A stretch of 64,000 bases of DNA. It comes from Hydrolagus colliei. Lineage: Eukaryota. Below are positions 1 through 12,810 of this stretch, one piece after another. The stretch covers positions 8,122,001 to 8,186,000 of the forward strand of contig CM068757.1 in assembly GCA_035084275.1 (NCBI GenBank). The letters run 5' to 3'. Position 1 is the first letter of the stretch. Every line of letters begins with the position of its first letter. The position numbers and the translations under genes were made by a program. The notes below the pieces were generated by a model, which was given only the letters and a program-made list of their open reading frames with translations, ran no database searches and was not told where the DNA came from.

Positions 1-744
1 GACTGGCACTAACTCGGTGACCCTGTACTGGTGCCCAATGTGGGTCACCCTCTGCAACAAATGGGGCAAGTGGGAAGATCTGCAAGTGGAATTGAAGAGG
101 GCAAAACTAAATCTCTGCAAGTCCTGTGTGTTCAGGCATGAGACAACAAATTATCAGTTTTAATAAACACGGAGCACTTGGTAAACAATATTACAGCAAT
201 CTGCTCTGCACCTAATTTAGCATCTACTGCAACACAAACTGTCCCCAGTGGCCAAGATGACTAGTGTTATAGTTGAATTTCAGAACAGGCTGTTGCTGAA
301 TGTTATAGGAACTATTGCCCAATTGACCCCCCCCCCCCCCCACCCCACTTAGTAAAAGCCCCAGCGCTAGGAACTATCAGTTCAGATCAAACCATCGTGG
401 TCCACTATAAAGCGCATCCCACCAGCATCTGTTTGAACTGCTCCATCTTTGCATCAACTACCCAAATAGCCAGGCAGATAAATTAAAACATTTTGGTGCT
501 GCAATGTTTTAATTATTTACACAGGGCAGATTAATTAAAATGTTTAGACGTAATTGTTGGCAGCTTTAATTATTTACGCTTGGGGTTTTTGAATCAGCAT
601 CTGCAGCAAGGAACTCAGACCATGATATTAGCCGAGAAAGCACAACCCTTTTAAAATGTGTATCTAACAGAGATTATGTTAAAGAATGAATCTAAAATAG
701 CAGCTGTGGAGGACAGGGGTACACCTCAAACCCCTGCAACTCCC

Positions 745-905
745 TCCCTCCACACCATCTCACCTCCTCTACTTAGGTCCTGCCACAAACCCTACCTTGA
801 ATGCACTTACAGCTGCCTCCCTCTCCCCACCCTTGCTGAGTGTCCTATCCTGTCCTTGAGAAGCGCTCTGAGATATTAACACTATATAAATGCAAGTTCT
901 TGTTG
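745..905 (+). mobile_element. L2-type LINE/SINE 3' end fragment
   Basis: Pyrimidine-rich tract, then 'gaagcgctctgagata...ctatataaatgcaagttcttgttg', the L2-like tail recurring throughout the window. Confidence 0.55.
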
Positions 906-1384
906 TGGATAGGTTGTACATAGCTAGTGATTATATACATCATATATTTCTAATTATCAGAATGGCTAGAATGCAAATCATTTGCTTTCATTCCAACAGC
1001 GGCAGTGAAGAAACTGGCTCTTCAACTCCATGGTGCATTGATCGGGCAGTTATTTTTTTTGTTGAGGATCAAAGATGTCTTGGAAGACTGGAGGCAAGGT
1101 CTAGCTAAATGTGTTATTTAGCCTTGCATCCTATTTTGAATAGAATAGCAATTAGCATTCAAAACGTGCCAATTATGCTAATAAACTAAGCAATCTACTG
1201 AGCACCACGAGTTGCTGTAAAAATACACAATGACACATACGGCAAGAAATTCTCATTATAAATCAAAGCAAGGACACCTCTTCAAAGAGAACGCCTCTGT
1301 GCAGAGTTTTGTTTTAATATAGTCAATTGGTGCTCAGAAGAAGGTACAGAAAGTTTATTTAGACGTCTGAGATTTCGCATTATC

Positions 1385-1680
1385 ACTAGAATCATCAAAT
1401 TATAGTGTCTGTGCCGGCCGTTCGAAAAGAGCTCTCGAAATGAATCCCACTCCCCCGCTCTCTCCCCATAGCCGTGCAAACTTGTCCTCCCCAAATAATT
1501 ATCTACTTCTCTCTTAAAAGTTGTTTATCAAATCAGCTTCAATCACCCTTTCAGGCGATGCATCCCAGATCCGAACAGTTCGCTGAGTGAAAACATTGCT
1601 CCTCACCCCACCTCCCTTTCTTTCAACAACCATTTTAGATCGCTGCCCTCGGGTTACTGACCTTCTCGCCAGTGCATGAG
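1385..1680 (-). mobile_element. CR1 LINE 3' fragment
   Basis: Minus-strand translation '...NVFTQRTVRIWDASPERVIEAD' resembles the CR1 ORF2 C-terminus. It is followed by the CR1 3' UTR (ggagagagcgggggagtgggatt...ggccggcacagac). Confidence 0.8.
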
Positions 1681-4584
1681 TAAACGGAAGTAAATGCTCA
1701 TGCAAGAGAAGAAAGGAAGATATGGTACAAACATCACAGAAATATACATGAGCTCTTTGAGAGGCATAAGCTGTGAAGAGAATAATGAAGCACTCAAGTG
1801 CAAAGGTTGCCAACCTAAAATCTGCACCTATTTTAAAAGCTCCCATAGACTGAGTTGATTTGAACAGATAAAGACCTCCTAAGGACATTCATATCAATTG
1901 CCTAACGCAGTGCAGAGTGATGTTATTTTTCGTATTTTTAGTTGAGTAAAGTTAGTGACTCTCACGTCAGCGTGATCATATCCATCCAGAAGTCAAGGAG
2001 AGTTTGGTAATGCGGAACACGATTGCTGGATTCAGTAAGCAGAATAAATTGGTGTGCCAATTGTTCCCTCCGCCTCCCCACCTCCAGCACGGAGACAGGC
2101 CTGACAAACATCAGCAAAAGTTCCAAGATAGCAAAGGGTCATTTGTGGCAACTGTTTTAATAAGTCATGGCACTAATCCGCCCCTGCATTGTGATAAACT
2201 GAACTTTTCCGTACACATTTAATGGGCCAAGGTTCACACAGAGATGACAGCTGGGGTGAGGGAGGTGGGGTTTGGCTTTTGAAGTCGTTGAAGCTTTCTC
2301 TGTATGCACACTTGAATAGAGTGGACTGGTTTATACAAACCAATGTAGATCTCACATGCTAATAAGCAGGCAGCAAGTTGAAATATACCTTCACTTGTAT
2401 TATCTAGAGCTGCTCCTCCTACTCAGTAAACTGTTCAATGTGCTGCTCACTTGGCAAAATGCATTTTTGATTCACCTTTGGAAATAATGATCTTATCGAT
2501 GACATAATCTAATGGGTTAATATACACAATGAAGTATATATACTCTACTATATAATTTAGACACTGTTTCTGTCTCTGCTCTCTTTCACATCCGAGGGTA
2601 GGACAAGAAAGTTTGACCAATATATTCTCTGATGCCGCTCCATGTCATGGGAACAAGGTGTGCTTTGCGTGTCTGCTTTCATCATTGCATAAATCAGCAT
2701 ATTTGGGCAGCAGTGTGCCCTGCAATCTTAGCGTGACAACACATACAACACCTACCATAGGTAAGCAATACTGAATCTCTACAGAATCATGGCATATATC
2801 ATGTGGGTGTAAAGTACTTGCAATGTACAATGCATAAAATTATTCCTCCCGGCTGTAATGAGACAGCGGGTCACTCTCAAGCTTCCTCTAGAACAATAAA
2901 CAGGCTTCAGCATTTGATGGTGGAAGTCAAGTCATCATTATTTTGGAAGGGAAAGAAACGAGGGAATCTGCACATCACGACAACATCGTGCAAGGGATGC
3001 AGTGCATGTTTCCAACGTAAATTATGTTCCTGTGGCATGACTGGCACCACTGTGACACAGACTAAACCATCTTGCTGTGCATTTATGAGCCTAATAAAGA
3101 AATGTAAAAGAATTTTAAAAAAACCTTCAAATAAGCAGCTGCTCCGGGCATTCTTGGGAAAAGACAATGTTGTGACTAATTTCTTCCAAAAGACAGTGCC
3201 TCACTTAACACGCTATTAGCTCTTTGCAAGGCTAAGAGCTAGAGATTATGGTAAACTCTCAGCTTGTATTCTGCTTCATTTTTCTGCTCTTCCAAGGCAG
3301 AGGAAACCAGACTTCTTTGAGGGAGAGCACAGTTCTATAGAGGTATAGTTTCAGGGCTCCGGAGAGGATTGACTGGCTGTGTCAATGGAAATTCAAGACA
3401 TTTTAGAAGGTAATGCACATGCAGAAGAATTTGCAATTGGCTGTAATGAGGTGACTGGAGTAAAAGCAGGTGATGCTGCTCTGATACTCAAGGTGAAGGG
3501 CAACTGGATCAAATAACTGGATTTTTTCCCTTACTTTAGGCTATAGGGATGGAAAATATCACTAATGGGCTTGAGTGATGTATCATCTCCCTCGTGCTCC
3601 CCCTAGTCAATTGAAAAGAGTCAGTCTCAATATTACTGAACAGAGCCTCCAAAAGCTCCTGTACACTCCGTTAAGGTTTCAGCGGTGTGAACGGACACCC
3701 TGTAGGGCAGAAAAGTCATGGATACTCTTCCAACTAGATACGGAACCCAACTTGGAATTCAAATCCATTCGAGACAAGTTTGTATTCATCTGACAGGTGG
3801 GGCATCCCACGCTAGGAGAAGAAGCACAAACGGATCTCAGGTCCGTTTAAACCGGAGATGATGCAAATGAATTGTAAACTAACGATAGGACGGGAGAGGA
3901 TGGCTGCCATTTCCTACCATCTTAAACAGAGGCCCTCGGAAAGCACAGAATAAACAAGGGAATAATTCACCATCAAAAGTGTAACAATGACCTTCTCTCA
4001 TAAAATGAGAAAGATCCGCAGATCTGCAGTCGCAGGTGCCAGTGAATTTTGATGTTCTCTGCCACGACTGAGAGGGTCTCAGTAATGCACCATTAACACT
4101 GCCACATGCTATTTGTTCTCAAGGGGAATCATGGCTCCATTGCTACACACTCTGGAATTTTGACTATTAGGCGATAATTTACTGTCGGGAATGATCACAT
4201 CACTGGGCAAGGAAATTATTTTTTGTACCTATGGCATAAAGGAAAAAAAATTCAGTTATTTGATTGCAAAACAGTCTGCGTTAGTCTTCAGCATGTGTCA
4301 ATCCAGTCCCTATACCCTCACTTCCCACCTCAGCATCCCCTTTGGCTGTGAGTTGTGCAAACCCCAAATCTATCTATGCCCTTTAGGCAGTAATCAACAT
4401 TGAGATTTACTGTCCTTGGGTTCTGAAGAGGACGATGAAACTTCCCATTGCAAACACCTTTGAAATACTGTCTTCCCTCTCTTCAGCGATATTCCGTCGC
4501 ATTCAGATTATAACAAGTGCCATACCCTCACCACCTGCATTATAACAGTGCCACTCTCAAGCCACAGCTGTTTGTGCATGGGGC

Positions 4585-4710
4585 AACCCTTGCGTTTCGC
4601 CCAGAAAATATACAGTCAATTCACTTTACAGTGTATTCTGTGAAGCGCTTTGAGGCTTCTCGATTACAACAATGCGCCATTATATATAATGCAAGGATTA
4701 TTATTATCAT
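4585..4710 (+). mobile_element. SINE 3' part (L2-like tail, (ATT)n end)
   Basis: 'atatacagtcaattcactttacagtgtattctgtgaagcgctttgag...aatgcaaggattattatt', matching many copies in the window. Confidence 0.75.
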
Positions 4711-6359
4711 TCCTTCACATCCTGCCCTAGAACAGGTCCTTCAGGTCCTCAGTAGAAGCAATACTCGCAGATCACAGAACGCGCAGTTGACAGCAATCAG
4801 AACTACAGCAGCACAACAGTGTGAAAACTGACCAAAAGAAATCGTGCTGAGTAGAGTTATAGTTCTAATGGCAGATGTTACTCATGAATTTTCAGCAGTA
4901 GTGCATTGTTACAAATCCAAACAATTCGCTCACAAAATCTAACGGCTCAACGCTCATTTTTCTGGTTTATGATAATGACATGAACCCACCTACGAAACAG
5001 GGTGCTCTTCAGCAACTACTGGCCACTTGGCGAGAGGACATCACCACCCATTGAGTAAAGACAGTCGCTCTCTGTGTAGTTGACCTTCTCTGACCACTTT
5101 GGCTTTGAACAAAAAGGACTATGTTTTGAATGCCAATGAGCCGAAGAAGAAAGTGGATGCAGGTTTGATGTTTGTGAACCAGCGCAAGCAAGGCTGCCTC
5201 TTTAAAAAATGTAGAAAGCAAAACCCCAACAAGCTTACCGCAGTGATATGAATCACACTTCCAGCAAATTTTTAATTCTGTTTATTGTAGCAGCTCAAAG
5301 AGGTGAATCTGACAGCTGCTGGCAGCCACAAAGATTCAATTATACGCTGTGCAAACATTAATAAAAAAAAATGGCACTTTTTTTAAAAAAATCACCTATT
5401 CAGGATTTGTGAAGAACAATATTTCTGTAATTAGTTCATTAATATTCAATTAGGGTCAGTGGGCTAAATAAAACCTTTTCAGAAACTGGGGAAATTTTCA
5501 ACACACTGGGCTGCAGATGCCTGCTTTCATTATCATCTGTATACAGGCATACCTTATCTGCTGGCCAGATGTTTGAGAACAATGTTCCCCGATTATCGTC
5601 CTGGCACAGTGTGCATCTGTGAGCCGTGCTTTACTGCAAGTGCACCGAGTAGATACAGGAGCATTTAGTGCAATTGATATGTGGTTCATGTTCGATTTTT
5701 AAGGCCATATTTTCTTGCTCTCGTTTCCGCTCTCCCGTTTTGCAGTGATGGTATTTAGTCTGGCAGAATGGGTGGGTGATTGATTTTGTCACAGTCGTCT
5801 TTCTTCCATGGCCCGCTAATCACTCTTCAATGCAGAGCTGTGTCTAATATCGGGCCCAGAGCTAGGAGTTCCTCAACTCTCTGCCTTTCAGTGCCTACCC
5901 AACAGCTGCTCACACTTAAACCATGTACCTGATACCAAAGCTGGATATTGTTAGCTGCTTGATTCCCAATATGAAGTGCAGTGTCAGAAAATAAAAGTGT
6001 TGGATTCATGCACTTCCACACTGCTGTACAAACCCAAGATTAAAAATGAGCCCAATTGTCACATAAAGATAGCCATCCACCAGCCCGTCAGCCCACTGAT
6101 CTTTACTAGTTTCTATTTTTCTTGTGAATAACCATCCTTGCACGTGACAAACATTCTTCAAATATCAACTCTCTGTCATTTATTAAGAGTGACTGGCTAA
6201 GGGGGGCATTTTGTTCCCCTATCTGGATGACAAGAGGATTATTTATTTGTTGGGATGTTCTAGATAAGGAGGATGCCATTGTTGAGATGTTTCCCTGATA
6301 ATTATTTTGTTCATGGCATAAATAGGTAATTACCAAGTACTGTACTTTCACCCCTGGGT

Positions 6360-6580
6360 CAAACGACTATGGTTTGAAACCCCGCACAAGGATTTGAGCT
6401 CAAAATCCAGGCAAACACTAATTTAGTCCTGGGCGAATGTTCTTTTAGAGATGCCACCTTTCGGATGAGCTAAAACAAAGTTGTGCCAGACTATTCAGAT
6501 GAATATTAAAGATCCCGCAGCATGATTTCAAAGAGGAAGTTCTCCTGGTGCTTATATCCAATATCTATGGCCAATTTCCT
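6360..6580 (+). mobile_element. Deu-core SINE fragment
   Basis: 'gccacctttcggatgagctaaaac...aaagatcccgcagcatgatttcaaagaggaagttctcctggtg' resembles the DeuSINE central domain as recalled. Related copies lie near 12600-12800, 29600, 32070, 34060 and 44700. Confidence 0.65.
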
Positions 6581-9500
6581 TTTGGAATCACATTCAGAAT
6601 AAAAGTTTAATTTCTTTGCTACTACAACTTGGCAGTAAGTTATTTCGATCAGCTAAGGGAACGTATTAAGAACTTAAGTTATTTATCAAATAGCCTCTTA
6701 AGGATTGTCCAGTTCTCATCCCATAAGCCCAGGAGTTTCCACCCATTTGTCTCCAACTCTAGGTGGCACCTTGAACAGGCCGAATAAAAACAAGAGGCGG
6801 AAGCGATAGACTGCAGTTTAAACTTTACAGTTTAGATTTTTATTTCAAAATGGATGAAATGCTTTGTGAATTTGGTTTAGTTCTCAATTTGACGCAACAA
6901 ATCATGTTCTATCGCTCTCTATCCTTTTGATTGTACGCGAGAGCACCACCTAGCGGTGATTGACCGGTCTGGTTGAAAATCCCCCACAGTTGTTCACCAT
7001 CAGTCGCATGTAATGAAAAATAATAACCCTGGCATTTGATATAGTGCCTTATTGCATCTTCAAGACGTCTCAAAATATACTGTAAAGTGAATTGTCCGTA
7101 TGTTATGTGGGCGACATGCTGAAGCCACTTGCGCACAGCAAGATCTGTATCTTCACTCCACTCTAAACCTTTTGCCCAACCAAAACTAGTCAACTAACCT
7201 CAATAACATTATTCTAAATCAAGTGGTACACTTAACCTCCATATTCAAATCTTAACAGCTTTTCAAAACTGTCACTAAATAGCTTTTGACCAGTAAGTTA
7301 ACACAACCAAAAATACCGATGAGTCACAAGGTGACACATAATTGGTGAGACTTTTAACCAATCAACCCAGTCACGCCAATCACAGGCGGTAGGTAACCTT
7401 ATCGGAACACAAGTGTGTTTGACAGGTAAGCCATGGAAAAGGCAGAGGTGTTGAGGGCCTACAGAAGGCAGCAAGAGTTATTTTTAAAAAAATGTTACAC
7501 AGTTAAAAACAAAAGTGATCAAATCATTTGCCTCATTTGAAGTGGAAGCTCAATGCCTCAGTCACCTCAAGGTTCTCTCCTTCATAACAGAGCCTGCTGT
7601 TTAAACAATTCAGAGATCCCTGTGGTAATGCTTCAAGAATCAAACCATATTGTTTGGATGCATACCTGGAATTCGTGCCTGCCGGGCAACCAATTAGAGC
7701 TTCTAAAATTCTCAATCTGTATCCTGCTCTAATGTAAAGCTGAATTGGCAGGTGCATGTCATTAACAGCAGCTGTGATAACACGTACAATTCAAAAAGCC
7801 ATTGTTTCGTTTTGACTGTTCAATGCGTCACTGGATACTAAGCAATCCGGACAATTATAAAGTATTGTGAGCCCCCTGTAATACACCAAAACCCATCATA
7901 GGGACCACCTATCAATAATGACCTCCTAATCTCAGTGATAACATTAAATTAACGATTGCGTCTTGACTGTAAATTACCAGAGCGCTGATCTATGACGAGC
8001 TGCTTTCTGAAATGGGCTATCATAGATGCAGTATAAACGTGAGTTTAAACGGCACACAGTATTTTTCCCCGTACACACTGACAAGACATTCAACCGCCTG
8101 AGCATATATGCAAGTGCCCAACACACAGGCATTCCAGGGTTCAGTACGTTTCGATGTGAATTTTTTGCTGCTCCTATCGTACGTCGTTGCAAGGGCGGCT
8201 TCTGAAAGATGGTCATTGTCAAAGTGTTATTTTTATTGCTCGTTTCATATAAATCATTGTGAAATAAAGCCCGGTAATGTTAACAATGCGCTTATTTATC
8301 TCAGAACATTTACGGTTTAATAAAAAGAGCAGAACACCCACCGTAAAGGAGCTCTAAATTATTAAAATAAGGCAAGAGCACTTTCCTGTTCAAAGTTAAC
8401 TAACAGCTTACGCAAACATTCTATTCAAGGGGGTATATGTTTATTATTTTCCATCCCAGCTACATCAGCTCTGCCAATCCATACTTCATTTGCATACAAA
8501 ATGCTTCATTCTGGCAATCAATGAAAGTGCTGTATTTAGGGCTTATCACAAGCATGCAGGGATCGGATTCTTCAGCTTTCTCGTTAAGTTCTGGCGATGC
8601 ATAACAAAATGAAAAGGCTGGAGAACTGGAAGTGTGCATGGGATTTAGCGATGCCTTCACTTCATTTCAAACAATGTGTCAGGCAAAAGAAACATCAGAG
8701 AGTTTATCCGTTGGGATGCACGCACGTCTTAAAGCCAAAAGAGACTTTTTTTTTTAAATGTCAGGAGTGTGTTGCCATTATTATATCGTGAAATAACCCA
8801 TAAAGCAGCTTTGGGCACCCTTAGGAGAATAGTACTTTTAATTGAACTATTTAGGCTAATGTAGCACAAAATTACAACACACATCCTCTTAGAGGGCAAA
8901 TGCTCCATTAATATTCTCAAAATGGACTTCGCGTTGAAATCGTTATAATTTTACTACAATGTATATTCTTTTCATCACTTATACCCATTTGGTTGATTAG
9001 GTACAGAGTTGGGGGGTGGGGGGGAAGAAACTTTCAAAGCTGGAGACATCTGACCGAAATTTTCAGGATCAAACACCATTCATCTGGGATTTCATTTACT
9101 GGCAATCGAGATAATAAGGTCCACACTGGCCAGCAATGGTAATTGGTTCCCGCTTAGCCCATTACAGAGACTGCACCACTGCAGCTCGTTACATTGCTGC
9201 TAAAATAGCGTATTTAAAAGTTATCATGTTTCAATAAGAATTTTTAAGCACAATGTCTTGCTCTTGGGAGTTTGCAATCACGATTGCTGAATTAAGAGGC
9301 AGTTGTGAATCTTTTTTGGTACGACTTCACTGACGGCATCATACATTGCCTTTACTAAACGCATAAATTGTGGATCCTGACTGCGTTGAGGAAAAAAAAA
9401 CTCACGAATGTATAGGTCCCTTGCATCCTCCTCAGAAACAGGATGGGAATAGTTGGTTCAAGAGCTGCATGAGCAGATTTAGAAGCAAGTTATTTTTCAC

Positions 9501-11114
9501 CAGAGAGATTGTTTGAAGAGGAATACAAAAGGATATGAGACAGCAGGGATCTGGGCCAAATGGCCTTCTTGTTATGAAATCCTAACAATTGGATTATAAC
9601 TAGTACCAACGACATTAAACCCTACAGCACAAACTGTAATGTAAATGATCACACCTGATTGTACTATAGTGAAATGACAAGGAAGGTACTGCCAAAGTAT
9701 TCAGATAAAAGGCCAATTTCAAGTACCTGTACAATGCATAAGAATTAAATATCCAGAAGAGGGAACAGAAAATAGGATTATCCAGATGTGAAATGGCAGA
9801 TAGCTCCAATGGGGAACTAACATCACCCAGACCACAATAGACAAAATTGACCCCTGCTCCAAAAATTCTAGAATTAAGTTTAATAGATGTACAGGTTTCC
9901 AGTGCATATAGAAACACGCATTCATTCAGGCGTCCAACTGACGAGAAAGTCACTCCATAAAATGAAAATTGCATTAAACCCACTTACGAGTACTGTATGT
10001 AACACAGATGATTAGTCTTCCATAATGCAGAACATTAGCTTTGAATCTTATGGGGAGTTAACATGGCAGTTAGACAACTGTCAACAGACCCGTGTATAGT
10101 TGGGTTAAATGCAAGTTTACCATACAGCTTACTTGCAATATACAGATCACACAAACAGCACACATTACAGTGTATCCTGCGATGTACTTTGTGATACCCT
10201 CCCAATGTGAATGGCACTGTATCACATCCTAACAGTGATACTACAGTTCTGGGAAATGGCATCTTTATAGAAGCGCAGTAGAAGGTAAGATTTATTGATC
10301 AGCAAACGGATGCAATTGCGAATTAGTTGCCCCTCGTGTAATCCTATTGCAATATAACACCAATATGCAAAGCAACTCTCAAGAGATACTGTTCAACTCA
10401 GAAAGAGAAAGGCTGTTTCGCCACAATATTTCAACATACAAGAGGATAATTCCTCTTGCCTCCATCTCTGTGAGTTTTAGCCTGATCAACTTTGAGTACC
10501 AAGAAAAAAAAATCTGTTTTAATAATCCTTGCATTTGACATAGCACTTTTCATGTCTAGACATCTCAAATTTTCTCTGCACTTGCAGTTGCTTACTACCC
10601 CAGTACACCATCTAACCAATGATCATACTAAGTGTCTCTTATTGTGCGATACTAGTTTCTAATTCCAAATTGATATGCCAGATGCTGCCAGCACAAAGTC
10701 AACTGTATTTAGATGTGTGCTTTTTTTAAAAAAAGGAAGCTCATTGCTAGAGTAGATTTATTGAACTAATTGTCGAGCTTATTTTCTCAGGTCGAGTCAA
10801 CTCTCAATGGCAGACTGATTCTAAATGTCTCGTCAGGCCACTTCATCCATAAATCCTAAGCTGCTGCATGCGTTCAACAATCAGCATTCAATCATGCCAA
10901 CAAAGTTTGTATGTGTCACCTGAAATCGTTACAACAGGAGTTTGATCAGTCTGTGTATAAGGTACACCCAATAATTTATTCTGTGTCTACAAATCATTTG
11001 CCTGCTCTCGACCACACACAAGTTAGCAGAATACATTTTAGATCCAGTTCATGTGAATGTGTGTAAAGCCAGTTGCATTGTTCATCTCAATTGGGGTGGG
11101 GGAAAAGTTATTTA

Positions 11115-11230
11115 ATGCCCACAAAATATAGTTGATTCACTTCACAGTATACTCTGTGAGGCACTTTGAGCCATCTGAAAGATGTGATACAAAGAGCTAT
11201 ATGAAATGTAAGGATTATTATTATTATTAT
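11115..11230 (+). mobile_element. SINE 3' part
   Basis: Same tail family as 4585-4710, ending in (TAT)n. Confidence 0.7.
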
Positions 11231-12539
11231 ATTGTTGCAATGTCAACACTCATGACTCAGCAATTGCCAAAACCAACTTTCAGAATTAGAAGTATTGTAC
11301 CATGTAGGTGCAATCAGTGCTAAATATCTACAGTAGTAAATCTTCAAGATATTCAAGTATGCATATTCACAGATCTCATAGGTCCTTGTAATGCATCGGG
11401 ATAAGACATAGCTAGTCTCAAAAAGACAGACGTTGAAATCATTAATTAGAATGACTACAATCCAGTTCAATGTAAAAATGGGAATTGGAAGTGTTTCATC
11501 TTCAGGCTTCCTGTCAAGCTTAATCTATTTCCTCCAACTGAACAAATCTTCTCCACTTTGCTTTCTGAGATTATTTGATTCCTGACTTCTGGCTTTGCCG
11601 AGCACCGTTGAACTGGTGCTATTTTAATTTGGCCGATCGCCTGGCAAGTACACAAAATCAGCTGCAGGTTTCTAAAATAACCCAATGATCAATCGTTCAA
11701 GGAGATTCGCCAAGTCACGAGGAAACTGCATTCCCATCACTTGAGCAAGTAGCAGAACAGCCATACCAAATAATACACACATGCTGTAGGAGTTTGATCC
11801 AACTTTATTTCTACCTTTCCTGGATCTCCAGAAAATGAGATGGCTTAAATATGATCTTTTTAAAAAATCAAAAATGAACATGAACTATGCTCTAATTAAC
11901 ACAAGCCAGATAGCAAATTGTGGATTATTTGCTTTGAAATACAAGCAGCCAAAAGGTTACAAGACAGTTCTTTGGAGACGCAAATCTAGGTCACATGGAT
12001 TATAAAATGTACCTTCCCTCAACCCAACATTCATGCCGTGGTAGTTGATAATGAGCCTAAAAGCAAACCAGCTCCTTCACCTAATACCAATTCATATCTG
12101 GGAATCACAAATCACCATCAGAGGGAAATACAAGTACAGTACACATCTGCCACACCTATCATTTATATGCCCAACTATATGTGTGTCCCACTGGTTAGAT
12201 AACCCAACCTATTAGTATTTAGCTTGCATGTTGTGCTAACCATGTGTAAATACAGATGGCTTTAATTATGTAAATATGTCATGAGGAAATTGAAAGCAAC
12301 TTTTACGATTGTTACACAATTAAAACACCCGCAATTCCTTTTGTGCAACTGCCAACACACACAGCCTAAACTGCAAATTAGAACCCATTGAACAATTTAC
12401 ATTTTTGTGAACATTTATAAATATGATATATTTCCTGGTTTCCCCATTGGGCTGGAAGTTTCTGTAATTATTGCTGCATTTGATATAAAACCTCTTTTGT
12501 CAGTAGAACAGTTCAAATTACTTCACAAGATTCACTGTG

Positions 12540-12810
12540 AAATGTAGTCATTCTGGGGAAACACAACAACCAATTTGCACAAAGCAATGACTTCCAAACA
12601 TTGATGAAAGACAAATTTTGTCTTGGGGATTGGCTATGACACAAGGAAACTCCCTTCTCCTTTCAAATAGTGCCACAGGATCTTCAACGTTGACCTGAAC
12701 AAGCAGATAAGAATTCAGTTTAATGTCTTATCTGAAGACCTCACTGTAGCAATGTGAGAGCAACCCCTCATCACTAGTCAGTCAAAACCCTGATGGAGTT
12801 GGAACCTACC
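12540..12810 (-). mobile_element. Deu-core SINE fragment
   Basis: Reverse complement of the Deu domain ('aactcccttctcctttcaaatagtgccacaggatcttcaacgttgacctgaac'). Confidence 0.6.

Noticed and set aside
1-120. Possible Myb/SANT (Harbinger-associated) remnant 'CNKWGKWEDL'
   Set aside because: Too short and truncated by the window edge to support.
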